A stretch of 32,000 bases of DNA from Synechocystis sp. PCC 6803 substr. PCC-P. Its GTDB lineage: Bacteria > Cyanobacteriota > Cyanobacteriia > Cyanobacteriales > Microcystaceae. The stretch spans positions 2,790,001 through 2,822,000 of the forward strand of contig NC_017039.1 of NCBI RefSeq assembly GCF_000284455.1, written 5' to 3'. Each line of letters begins with the position of its first letter. Positions within the stretch are counted from its first letter, which is position 1. The translations under genes were made by a program, and so were the position numbers. Below are positions 8,968-17,927 of this stretch, in pieces. Below the pieces are notes generated by a model that was not told the origin of the DNA, did not search any database, and worked only from the letters and a program-made list of their open reading frames with translations.

Positions 8968-10863
8968 CTAGTAGATGGGGACTTCTTCCACTTCCGCCAG
9001 GGGTTCTGGGATCAATACATCCGGCGATCGGCTGCCGGAAAGTTGTTTTAACAATTGGGGGCGTGGGTCGTGGAGCAGGTAAAAAACTTCGTCCCCAATT
9101 TGGGCATTTTCAGTGGTCTTAGCTAGTTGCAAACTGCCCTGCCGTTTCAGCATTAAGGGCAGTAATTCCCCAGAGCGAATTAGGGCTTGGGTGTGGGCTT
9201 GCTGTAGGGCTAAGCCAGTTTCCTTAAACAGGGTTTTGCCCAGTTTAATTTGCCCATCCTTAAGGTACTGATTCCAGGTTTTGAAAGTTTTTTGCTCCAT
9301 AAAAATTCTTACCCCTTTATTTTTCAGCAAGGGATTATCTTCCGGTAAGTTATCCGGAGCAATCACACACACCCGGGGGGGGTTAAATTCATTGATGGTA
9401 TTTTGAGCCAGCACCAAATTTACTTCCCCGTTATTGGTCAGGGCCATAAATGCCCCCATCTCTTCAATGCCGGCCTTTTCCAACGCATGGGAATCCAACG
9501 CACTGGTTTGAATGGCCGTTAATCCTTCGGCGATCGCCGTCGCACAGGCTTCCGGGTCACTGTCAATCAATACCACCGATTCCCCTTGGGCTGTAAATAA
9601 ACGGGCCACCAGTCGTCCCAGGGGAGTACAACCGATAATTACTGCGCCGGTGGTGTGGGTGTCGGTGATACGTAGCAGTTTAGCCAAGGGCTTCGCCGTT
9701 AAGCCCTGAATGAACACCGTCATCATAATGGTGAGAAACACAATCGATTTGATCGCATCGCCACCGTTAATGCCCCGTTCAGTCAACAGTAGGGAAAATA
9801 GGGAGGCAACGGATGCAGAAACAATACCCCGAGGGGCAATCCAAGCCACAAAAAGTTTCTGTCGCCAGTTAAAAGCGCTAGTCCAAGTACAAATAGCGAT
9901 ACTAATGGGACGAATGACTAGCATTAACACCGCCACAGTGAGCACACTGCCCCAGCCCAAAGCCCCAAAGCTACTCAGGGATAATTCCGCCGCCAGCAGA
10001 ATAAATAGCACCGAGACACAAAGCAGGGTTAATTTACCTTTGAATCGTCGCAAAAGTCGGTTATCAGGCAGGGCAGAGGAGTTGAGGTAAATGCCCATGG
10101 CTACGGTGGCCATTAAGCCCGATTCACTCAGGGATGCTTGGGCCGCACCAAATACTCCCCACACCCCCGCTAGCACCACCAGATTACTGACATCTTCCGA
10201 GAGAAAGCTGGCCCGTTTGAGGAAATTACTCAATAGCCAACCGCCCCCCACCCCGATCGCCAGGCCAACCCCAAGGCGCAATATTAGGCCCATGGCAATT
10301 TCGATAATGTCGGTTTCAACGCTGACATTGGTATTAAAAATGGTTTCCAATACCACCACTGCCAGGATTGCTCCCACCGGATCGATCAGTACCCCTTCCC
10401 CCTCCAGTAGGGTAGCCACAGACTTCTGCACCTGGACCTGTTTAATTAGGGGGCCCACCACCGTTGGCCCGGTTACCACCACCAAGGAGCCGTATAAAAA
10501 AGCTAAATACCATGGGAACTCCGCCAACCAATGGGCCGCTAATCCCCCTCCCACTAGGGTAATTAGGGTGCCGATGGTGACCAAATTACGCAGACTACCG
10601 GAAACCTGGCCCAATTCCCGCAGGCCTAAATTTAAGCCCCCCTCAAACAAAATAATCGCCACGGAAAGGGAAACAATTACTTCCAAACCATCCCCAAAAT
10701 TGGCGGGTTGAATCCAATGCAAGCCGCTGTTGCCGAGGATGACACCAAAAATAAGCAAAAAGACAATGCTTGGTAGTTTGAGAAATCCCGCCAATACTTG
10801 GGCCCCAATGCCAAACAGGACAGTGAGGATAATCTGGAGGGTAAGGGAAAATGATCCTTCCAT
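8968..10863 (-). CDS. CPA1-type Na+/H+ antiporter with C-terminal RCK (TrkA-N/TrkA-C) domain
   Basis: About 12 hydrophobic segments in the N-terminal 400 aa, then a Rossmann-like VIIGCTPLGRLVARLF..VVLIDSD. Trimmed to the ATG at 10863; the track starts at a TTG. Confidence 0.85.
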   Translation of the reverse strand: MEGSFSLTLQIILTVLFGIGAQVLAGFLKLPSIVFLLIFGVILGNSGLHWIQPANFGDGLEVIVSLSVAIILFEGGLNLGLRELGQVSGSLRNLVTIGTLITLVGGGLAAHWLAEFPWYLAFLYGSLVVVTGPTVVGPLIKQVQVQKSVATLLEGEGVLIDPVGAILAVVVLETIFNTNVSVETDIIEIAMGLILRLGVGLAIGVGGGWLLSNFLKRASFLSEDVSNLVVLAGVWGVFGAAQASLSESGLMATVAMGIYLNSSALPDNRLLRRFKGKLTLLCVSVLFILLAAELSLSSFGALGWGSVLTVAVLMLVIRPISIAICTWTSAFNWRQKLFVAWIAPRGIVSASVASLFSLLLTERGINGGDAIKSIVFLTIMMTVFIQGLTAKPLAKLLRITDTHTTGAVIIGCTPLGRLVARLFTAQGESVVLIDSDPEACATAIAEGLTAIQTSALDSHALEKAGIEEMGAFMALTNNGEVNLVLAQNTINEFNPPRVCVIAPDNLPEDNPLLKNKGVRIFMEQKTFKTWNQYLKDGQIKLGKTLFKETGLALQQAHTQALIRSGELLPLMLKRQGSLQLAKTTENAQIGDEVFYLLHDPRPQLLKQLSGSRSPDVLIPEPLAEVEEVPIY

Positions 10864-11088
10864 AAGGCTCAAAGGAATTGGTTCTGCCTGTGGGTTAACG
10901 GTAAATCATTGCCAGGGTTGTGGCCCTTTAAGTTAAAAGGCCAAATAACTCCCCTCCAAAGTAAGGTAGTCTGCCACCAACTGGGGAGCTTGCTCCGGGA
11001 GAACTGTTTACCAACCTAAAATTTATCGCCAATTCACTCAAGTCTTTGGACTTTACACAATTTGTCGGTTAAACAATTAAAAAATTAA

Positions 11089-11159
<71 letters not shown>

Positions 11160-11193
11160 ATGTCCGGCCAATTATTATAACAGAGTTGGCAAT

Positions 11194-12036
11194 CTAGACC
11201 AAACGGCGATCGGTCAGCAACTCATAGCCCGTGGCCGTTACCAACACCGTATGCTCAAACTGGGCCGAAAGGGCATTGTCCACCGTCACCACCGTCCATC
11301 GATCGCCAAGGGTACGGGTGAAACGGGAACCAGCATTGACAATTGGCTCGATCGCCAAGGTCATGCCCGGTTTAAGTTTAACGTTGGGCAAATCCCGGCA
11401 GCGGACGTTAAACACATGGGGGTCTTCGTGGAGGGCCTGGCCCACCCCATGGCCGGTGAACTCTTCCACAATGGTGTAACCGGTGGGCTTAACGTAATCC
11501 TCGATTGCCCCGGCAATGTCCATCAGGTAATTACCAGGCTTCACCTGTTCAATCCCCGCATACAAGGCCCCTTCCGCTACTTCCATCAACCGCTGGGCTT
11601 GGGGGGAAACCTTACCCACCGCAATGGTGATGCAGGAATCCCCGTGGTAGCCCTGGAAATAGGCTCCGGTATCTACTTTGAGCAAATCGCCGGAACGAAT
11701 TTTCTTACGGCGACGGGGAATGCCATGGACCACTTCATTATTCACGCAAGCACAAATGGAAGCGGGAAAGCCGTGGTAACCCTTAAAACTGGGAGTGGCC
11801 CCCAGGGAGCGAATTCGTTCCTCTGCTAACTGGTCTAAATCCCCGGTGGTCATGCCCGGTTGCACCGTGGCGGCAATCTCCTTCAATACCTGGGCGGCGA
11901 TCGCCCCGGCTTGGCGCATAATGGCAATTTCGGCGGGGGTTTTAATCTGTACTCCCCGGCGGGAACGTTTTTTTGCCTTTGGTGTCGGGGAGGGTACGGG
12001 GGAAGGGGGCGCAAATAACTGGCTGAGTAAATTCAT
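11194..12036 (-). CDS. map: Methionine aminopeptidase, type I, second paralogue with a Pro/Lys-rich N-terminal extension
   Basis: [49 protein letters not shown]. Trimmed to the ATG at 12036, because the track ORF overlaps the ftrC 3' end. Confidence 0.9.
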
Positions 12037-12055
12037 AGGATGGGTGCCCAAAAAT

Positions 12056-12412
12056 CTAGGCCATGCTGGCCTTGACTTCCTCCAAAGTTTCCATGGGAAT
12101 ATCCTGGGCATCCCCAGCAAAATCGTTATCTGGGGTTAAAAACAACATACAGTGACATTCCTTGCGCTCCCGCATAGGCACACAGGGGCAATTCCAAAAG
12201 GTATTTTTTACTTCCGCTTCCTTGTCTTCGTAGTGGCGACAGGGGCACAGGGGAGAACCCAATTCCTCTTTATGGCGAGCTAAACCCTCGATAACAACGG
12301 CGGTGACGGAAAGATCACTACAAAAATAGGTATCCGTACGTTTAGCATACTGCTCCGCAAAATTTTTCATTGCGGCCAGTGTTTTGTTGTTCTGGGTGTC
12401 ACTGCTGGTCAT
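12056..12412 (-). CDS. ftrC: Ferredoxin-thioredoxin reductase, catalytic subunit
   Basis: Signature Cys pattern CPC..(16)..CPC..(8)..CHC within [39 protein letters not shown]. Confidence 0.9.
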
Positions 12413-12482
12413 AGATTCTCAAGGGAATTTAGATGGTCGGCACAAACGCCAATTTTGCCGTCGGTGTATTTATCTTGACACA

Positions 12483-13379
12483 CTATTGGAGCAGAGCCAA
12501 AAACCGACGAATCACCCCAATTGTTACCCCAGGTAATTCCAAATGGGGCGTTAACCCCACGTCTTTAATTTCCACAAAAGCTTTAATGGCATTGGGGTTC
12601 AGCGCCGCTAAACGACGACCGATCGCCGGAGGGGTAAATTGGGCATATTCTCCCCAGAGGATAGCCGTAGTAACGGTTAAATCCGGCATAAATTGGGCCA
12701 AATCAAAGCAGAGATCCCCCCTAACAAAGGACAGGGCTGCATATTCCGCCCTGGGTTGGGTGGCGGACTCCAGATAGGCATCGATAATTTCGGGATAAAT
12801 GCGCCGGGCTTGGGCAAATTGTCGTTGTTCCAAAAAATTCATAATGCCCGCTGTGTTGGCAATGCCGGTGGTGTAGATAAAACGATCCAGCACTGGCACA
12901 CTGACCAATTGGGCAAAAAAGTTACTGCGGTAATCTTCACCAAAGTCCGATAGCCCTGTGGGGGTACTCAGAATTAAACCTGTAAATAGGTTGGGATGCT
13001 CTATGGCAGTGCGAACGGCGATCGCCGCCACCAAGGAAGAGGCAATCACCATCACAGGTTGGTCACAGGTTTGTTGCAAAAATTCCTGAATAACCTGGAT
13101 ATAGTCCTGGGGAGTGTAATTTTTCACCGGATGATCGGAGCGACCCCAACCCAACAAGTCCGGCGCTAACACCCGGTAGTCAGCAGCAAAAGCCGGATAA
13201 ACCTTCGACCATTCGTAGGCAGAAGAACCACCCCCAAAGCCATGGAGAAATACCAACGTTTGGCGATCGCCGAGGGAATCTACCGCCTCTACCCAGGGGG
13301 CCTCCGTTGCTTCGTAGTAAACAATGGTTCCCAGGGAAGTAACTAGGGAATTGCGGGTAAAGCCAAGGGGTTCAATCAT
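12483..13379 (-). CDS. Alpha/beta-fold hydrolase family protein
   Basis: LVFLHGFGGGSSAYEW oxyanion region, nucleophile-elbow position reading IASSLVA, and C-terminal GLTPHLELP (His). The ATG at 13379 has AGGAG 6 nt upstream; the track ORF begins at a TTG 72 codons earlier. Confidence 0.75.
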   Translation of the reverse strand: MIEPLGFTRNSLVTSLGTIVYYEATEAPWVEAVDSLGDRQTLVFLHGFGGGSSAYEWSKVYPAFAADYRVLAPDLLGWGRSDHPVKNYTPQDYIQVIQEFLQQTCDQPVMVIASSLVAAIAVRTAIEHPNLFTGLILSTPTGLSDFGEDYRSNFFAQLVSVPVLDRFIYTTGIANTAGIMNFLEQRQFAQARRIYPEIIDAYLESATQPRAEYAALSFVRGDLCFDLAQFMPDLTVTTAILWGEYAQFTPPAIGRRLAALNPNAIKAFVEIKDVGLTPHLELPGVTIGVIRRFLALLQ

Positions 13380-13435
13380 GCTGTCTCCTAATGGTTGTGG
13401 CATTGACCAAAGCGACTGGTCTTCTTCAGTATGGT

Positions 13436-13636
13436 TTAGTTTTTTTGCCCGTGGCGGGATTTGGGGCCAGAAATTGGACCGCTTTTCTTTTGTTCCCGTT
13501 GCAATAACTTTTGCCCCCACCGGGGATAAAAACTCAGATAAATGAGCAAATTGCCCCAAAATAACGCCCCCAGCAGCAAATAAGTTTTGAGCCAAAAATT
13601 ACCCTGAAAATCCTCCATAATGCCCACACTAGCCAT
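13436..13636 (-). CDS. Possible small membrane protein (66 aa; start could lie further upstream, up to 13804)
   Basis: An ATG at 13636 opens MASVGIMEDFQGNFWLKTYLLLGALFWGNLLIYLSFYP, followed by a basic tail. There is no recognisable family and no clear SD. Confidence 0.25.
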   Translation of the reverse strand: MASVGIMEDFQGNFWLKTYLLLGALFWGNLLIYLSFYPRWGQKLLQREQKKSGPISGPKSRHGQKN

Positions 13637-13909
13637 ACTAAACGCTAGGGTTAACACCACTAACAGTAACCGTTTGGAAATCCTCAATTGCTTTCTTCGA
13701 GATGGTTGCTTGCCCACAAATTTTGCCCTTGATAGAATTTGGCACCGTTGAATTGGAACTGGGAGGTTGCCCCTAGAATGGTTAAAAGTCGCAGGGAAAG
13801 CCATGGCCGTTGGTGTTTGTAACCATGCCCCACCGGGGACTAGGGCGGTCAGCTTATCCCATGGCGGGTTTTTGCTAACCTGGTTGTAAATCAATTGCTC
13901 TTTTAATTT

Positions 13910-14887
13910 ATGGTTCGTCGTCGTTCGGTGCCTTGGATTCATCGCTATTCCCGTTTCATTATGGGGGCGATCGCCGTCCTGGGGATCTTGATCACCTCCT
14001 ACCTGGCCTATATTTCCTTCACCGGGGGAGAAGCCCTTTGTCCCGTGGACCAGGCCACCGGTAGCTCCAGTTGTGACCTGGTGTTACAGAGTGCCTACGC
14101 CAAAGTTTTTGACATTCCCCTCAGTGTTTTTGGGCTGGCAGCTTATCTGGCCATGGGCATTGCCGCTTTGGTGCCCTTTTTGGTCAGTGAGGAGAGCAAC
14201 AAAAAACAGCGTAACTCCCTGGAAGATCTCACCGGAAAATTTCTCCTGGTGGGGGGTACGTCCATGGCGGTGTTCAGCGGTTACTTAATGTACATCTCCT
14301 TTTTCCGGCTCCAGGAAGCTTGCTGGTACTGCCTAACTTCTGCTATTTGTTCTTTGTTGTTGTTCATTTTGGCGATCGTTGGTCGGGAGTGGGAAGAAGT
14401 GAGTCAAGTATTTTTTACCACCGTCGTGGTGGCCATGGTAACCATTGTCGGCACCCTGGGTCTCTATGCCACTGCTGAAGGGCCTAAAGCCGGAGCCGAT
14501 GGCACAATTCCCATTCCTGCCATTGCCGGTCAACCCAGACCCCCCAGTGGTTGGCCCATCACCACTCAGTCGGGACCAGCGGAAATTGAGTTGGCGGAAT
14601 ACCTCACTGCCAAAGGGGTACTCAACTATGGTGCCTTCTGGTGTCCCCACTGCTATGACCAAAAACTACTTTTCGGCAAAGAAGCATTTGAAAAAATTAG
14701 CTATATTGAGTGCGACCCGGCCGGGAAAAATCCCCAGACCCAAACCTGTGTGGATGTCGGTATTCAATCCTTCCCCACCTGGGGCATTGACGGAGAACTA
14801 AACCCTGGGGTCAAAACTCTCCGGGAATTGGCAGAGCTCACTGGCTATGAAGGCAATATGGATTTTAAATATGGCCTGAGAAATTAG
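13910..14887 (+). CDS. Vitamin K epoxide reductase (VKOR) homologue fused to a thioredoxin-like domain
   Basis: Membrane N-terminal domain with loop cysteines CPVDQATGSSSC and an active-site CWYC. The C-terminal soluble domain carries WCPHC. Confidence 0.9.
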   Translation: MVRRRSVPWIHRYSRFIMGAIAVLGILITSYLAYISFTGGEALCPVDQATGSSSCDLVLQSAYAKVFDIPLSVFGLAAYLAMGIAALVPFLVSEESNKKQRNSLEDLTGKFLLVGGTSMAVFSGYLMYISFFRLQEACWYCLTSAICSLLLFILAIVGREWEEVSQVFFTTVVVAMVTIVGTLGLYATAEGPKAGADGTIPIPAIAGQPRPPSGWPITTQSGPAEIELAEYLTAKGVLNYGAFWCPHCYDQKLLFGKEAFEKISYIECDPAGKNPQTQTCVDVGIQSFPTWGIDGELNPGVKTLRELAELTGYEGNMDFKYGLRN

Positions 14888-14966
14888 TTAGACCTACCCA
14901 AGGATTAAGCCGACTAACAAAGTGATCCATCGTCTGGCGGTATAGCGACGCCATCATTCCCCGAAC

Positions 14967-15003
14967 AAAATCCCCTCAAGCTAGAGATGGCCTGGGGGAT
15001 TTT
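14967..15003. terminator. Hairpin between convergent genes (possible bidirectional terminator)
   Basis: AAAATCCCC (14967-14975) pairs with GGGGATTTT (14995-15003). The stem is 9 bp and the loop 19 nt. A/T runs flank it on both strands. Confidence 0.35.
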
Positions 15004-15038
15004 CCTTGATAGTTTTGCGGTTTGATTGCAGTTTTTTA

Positions 15039-16760
15039 TTAGTAATAATTGCCGACTTTGCGATGGTGTACGGCGGTTAACCCTTCTGCTTTAGCTACCC
15101 GACCATTGGTTACTTGGCTGTAAACAATCCAGTGATCACTACATTCCATCCGACTAGCTACTTCACACTCCAAATAGGCTAGCGCATCGGTCAAAATAGG
15201 CGATCCGTTGCTTGCGGTTTGGGTTTTTACTCCAGCAAAACGATCAGCACCAGGGGGGAAACGTTTGAGGAAATGTTTCATCAAAATTTGATAGTTGCCT
15301 TCCTCCAAAATGTTCAACACAAAGCGATCACCGACTTGCATGAGGGATTCAATGGCCCGGTCCTTGGCCACAGCAACGGTGAAACCAGGGGGATTAAAGC
15401 TGGCTTGGGAAACCCAAGAGGCAAGCATGGCCCCTTTAACCTCTCCCTTTTGGGCAGTGATGATATACAGCCCCCCACTAATGCGACCGATCGCCTTTTC
15501 CAGATCGCTGTCCAGGGATTTGAGTTGTTTTATTTTGGCCGCCTGGATGAGATTTTGACCCAAGTCAGTGCCGGACTCATCACAAAGCTGATAGGTGCTT
15601 TCGCTGGGGGTGTCTTTGACCTTGATCACTTTGAAAGCCTCCCGCAAACCCAGGTCTAAAAATTTGGTGCGGAGGGGGTCAATGGGCTCGTCGTCCCCAC
15701 CATAGGATTCGTATAAACCAAAGACCTGTTTCGGTTGCATGGCGGCCAACACTGCGCCGAAATTGGTGCTTAGATCAGCGTTAGCCTGTAAAGGCGGCAT
15801 TCCCAGAACTACCCCGCTGGCATGGCCCACCAGTTCCTGGATTTCCTGAGGATCGGCGGAGCTTAGGTCCACCATGTCCACCCCCACGCCGGTTTTAGTA
15901 ATTCCCTTGGCAATGGCCTGGGAAAGGCGATCGCCGTAGCCATAATCAGCCACATAGAAAACCACCACGGTTTTTTCTGCTTTACTTTGGGACTCGCTCC
16001 AATGGCGGTAGCGATGTAATAATTCGCCAACGTTATGGCGCAATAGGGGGCCATGGCCATTGGCAACGGTGCTAATGGTGCCCAGATTATCCATGCGTTT
16101 CATGGCGGCGAGAACGGAACGGGCGTTGGGACCCATCAAGCAATCGTAGTAAAACTGGTAATCCGGTGCGATTTTGCCCAAATCGATGTCAAAAACTGCA
16201 TCGGAGCAATAGTGCATCCCAAACACGTCGCAGGTGAAGAGAATTTCCGTGGCGGGGTCATAGGTGAGCATGGTGTCCGGCCAGTGGAGATTCGGAGCAC
16301 TGACAAATTCCAAATCATGGCCCTGGCCCAAATCCAGGCGATCGCCACTTTTAACTTGAATACGCTCAAAGGGTTGATGGACAAAATTGTCGAGAAATTG
16401 CAACGCTACTTTGGTGGCCACCACCGTAATGCGGGGATTGAGTTGCAAAATGTCTTTTACTAACCCACTGTGGTCTGGCTCAGTGTGGCTGACGATTAGG
16501 TAATCAATGCGCTGGGGATCGATTAATCCCTGTAATAAATCTAGATATAACTGGCGGAATTTCTCGTGGGAGCTATCTACTAGGGCAACCTTATCCGCTT
16601 GGATTAGATAGGAATTGTAAGTGGTGCCGTTTTGTAGGCCGAATTCAATATCAAACCGGTCCCGGTCCCAGTCCAAAGAACGGATAGCAGTAATATTTTT
16701 GGCGATCGCCTCAGTTTGGGTAGAAAGCCGCTTTTGGGGGGGGAGGGGGGTAGTGAACAT
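15039..16760 (-). CDS. flv3: Flavodiiron protein (metallo-beta-lactamase-like + flavodoxin-like + flavin-reductase domains)
   Basis: SHTEPDHSG di-iron motif, a flavodoxin-like middle domain and a C-terminal flavin-reductase domain (LYIITAQKGEVKGAMLASWVSQASFNPP). The flv3 assignment comes from remembered gene neighbourhood. Confidence 0.85.
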   Translation of the reverse strand: MFTTPLPPQKRLSTQTEAIAKNITAIRSLDWDRDRFDIEFGLQNGTTYNSYLIQADKVALVDSSHEKFRQLYLDLLQGLIDPQRIDYLIVSHTEPDHSGLVKDILQLNPRITVVATKVALQFLDNFVHQPFERIQVKSGDRLDLGQGHDLEFVSAPNLHWPDTMLTYDPATEILFTCDVFGMHYCSDAVFDIDLGKIAPDYQFYYDCLMGPNARSVLAAMKRMDNLGTISTVANGHGPLLRHNVGELLHRYRHWSESQSKAEKTVVVFYVADYGYGDRLSQAIAKGITKTGVGVDMVDLSSADPQEIQELVGHASGVVLGMPPLQANADLSTNFGAVLAAMQPKQVFGLYESYGGDDEPIDPLRTKFLDLGLREAFKVIKVKDTPSESTYQLCDESGTDLGQNLIQAAKIKQLKSLDSDLEKAIGRISGGLYIITAQKGEVKGAMLASWVSQASFNPPGFTVAVAKDRAIESLMQVGDRFVLNILEEGNYQILMKHFLKRFPPGADRFAGVKTQTASNGSPILTDALAYLECEVASRMECSDHWIVYSQVTNGRVAKAEGLTAVHHRKVGNYY

Positions 16761-16882
16761 GCCGTACTCCTAGGACTGGTAATGAAAACTCTCTGTCCAG
16801 TGTATCCCAGGGGCCAGAGCCGGGGAAAGTTAACAAACATTGATATTTTTAACTCTAACGATTACGACTTTCCCTAGAGACT

Positions 16883-17569
16883 TCAGAGACGATACATGAT
16901 GCTTTCCCCATGGCTATCGGTGCCACAGGTGCGGAACAGATTATACAAATCCCCCAGGTAACAAACTTCTTCCATTTGGGGCACAGAACTCTGCCAAGGT
17001 TTGGGATTGCCATAGGCATAAAATGCCTCTACCCCATCAATGCCATGGCGGGCTGCCGCTGGGATCAAGTGACTGGCGGGCTGACGGTACCGGGCTGGAT
17101 GGGCCAACACCACTAAGCCACCGGCATCATGGAGAGCCTTAATGACTTTGGGCGCTTGGGCATAGTACTTATCCGGGCGATCGCCGGTTAGATAGGGGTC
17201 TAGGACCGGGTGGGTAGGGTCAAAGTCATAGCCCAGGATGTGCACTTCAGTGCCGTCTAAATTGGCGGTAATTTCAATGCCAGTCCAAAGTTGGGGCCGG
17301 AGACTAGGATAATGGCAATGTTCGGTGAGCCAGCGCTGGGCCCGGTAATAACCCGCCACACAATGGTGGTCTGTGATCGCCAAACCCTGTAATTCTTGAT
17401 GTATGGCCTGTTCGATCAAACCCTCCGGGGTCATCTGGCCGTCGGAACATCGGGTGTGGAGATGAAAATTATAAAACCGTGGACAACTGGTGGGGGTCAG
17501 GGACTGCCAAACAGTTGTAAGTTGGCGCTCCATCTGTTGAGACTGCGGAGAAATAAGGTCGTTAACCAT
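16883..17569 (-). CDS. PHP-domain phosphoesterase (TrpH/YciV-like)
   Basis: FHLHTRCSDGQ and AITDHH motifs near the N-terminus, GTDSHG near the C-terminus. Trimmed to the ATG at 17569; the track starts at a GTG. Confidence 0.8.
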   Translation of the reverse strand: MVNDLISPQSQQMERQLTTVWQSLTPTSCPRFYNFHLHTRCSDGQMTPEGLIEQAIHQELQGLAITDHHCVAGYYRAQRWLTEHCHYPSLRPQLWTGIEITANLDGTEVHILGYDFDPTHPVLDPYLTGDRPDKYYAQAPKVIKALHDAGGLVVLAHPARYRQPASHLIPAAARHGIDGVEAFYAYGNPKPWQSSVPQMEEVCYLGDLYNLFRTCGTDSHGESIMYRL

Positions 17570-17927
17570 GAATAAATGCCATCCTGACAACGGGTTGGTG
17601 CTGGATATAAATACATCCCACCCTTTTCCCACAATAACAAAACTTTACATAATTGGCTTTTTCCCTTCGTCCAGTCCTTGGGGGCAAAAGTTCCCCACCA
17701 CCGACCATTAGTTTTCCCTTGTCAAGCCATCATCAATTTATCGGTAAGAATCAGCCTAAATAAAACCCGAAAAAAATCACAGCGCTCAGGCTGGGTTACA
17801 TTAGGTGGAGATCGGAAATTATTTTCTTCCAAGACTCATGGGGCAATGGTTTAAGCGTAACATCGGTAGAGTGAACCCCGTGTACTTTTCTCTCTGCTCA
17901 GAACCTGCGTTTTAAGGTTGGGTTTCT

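Noticed and set aside
9512-10936. Series of plus-strand ORFs (65, 126, 206 and 68 aa) opposite the antiporter gene
   Set aside because: These are Pro/Thr/Arg/Ser-rich translations typical of the antisense frame of a membrane-protein gene. The minus-strand ORF has convincing transporter and RCK features.
13436-13942. Full-length 168-aa version of the minus-strand ORF
   Set aside because: Its 5' end overlaps the start of the VKOR gene, and the N-terminal 100 aa look like translated intergenic sequence. Only the C-terminal hydrophobic part is kept, as a low-confidence feature.
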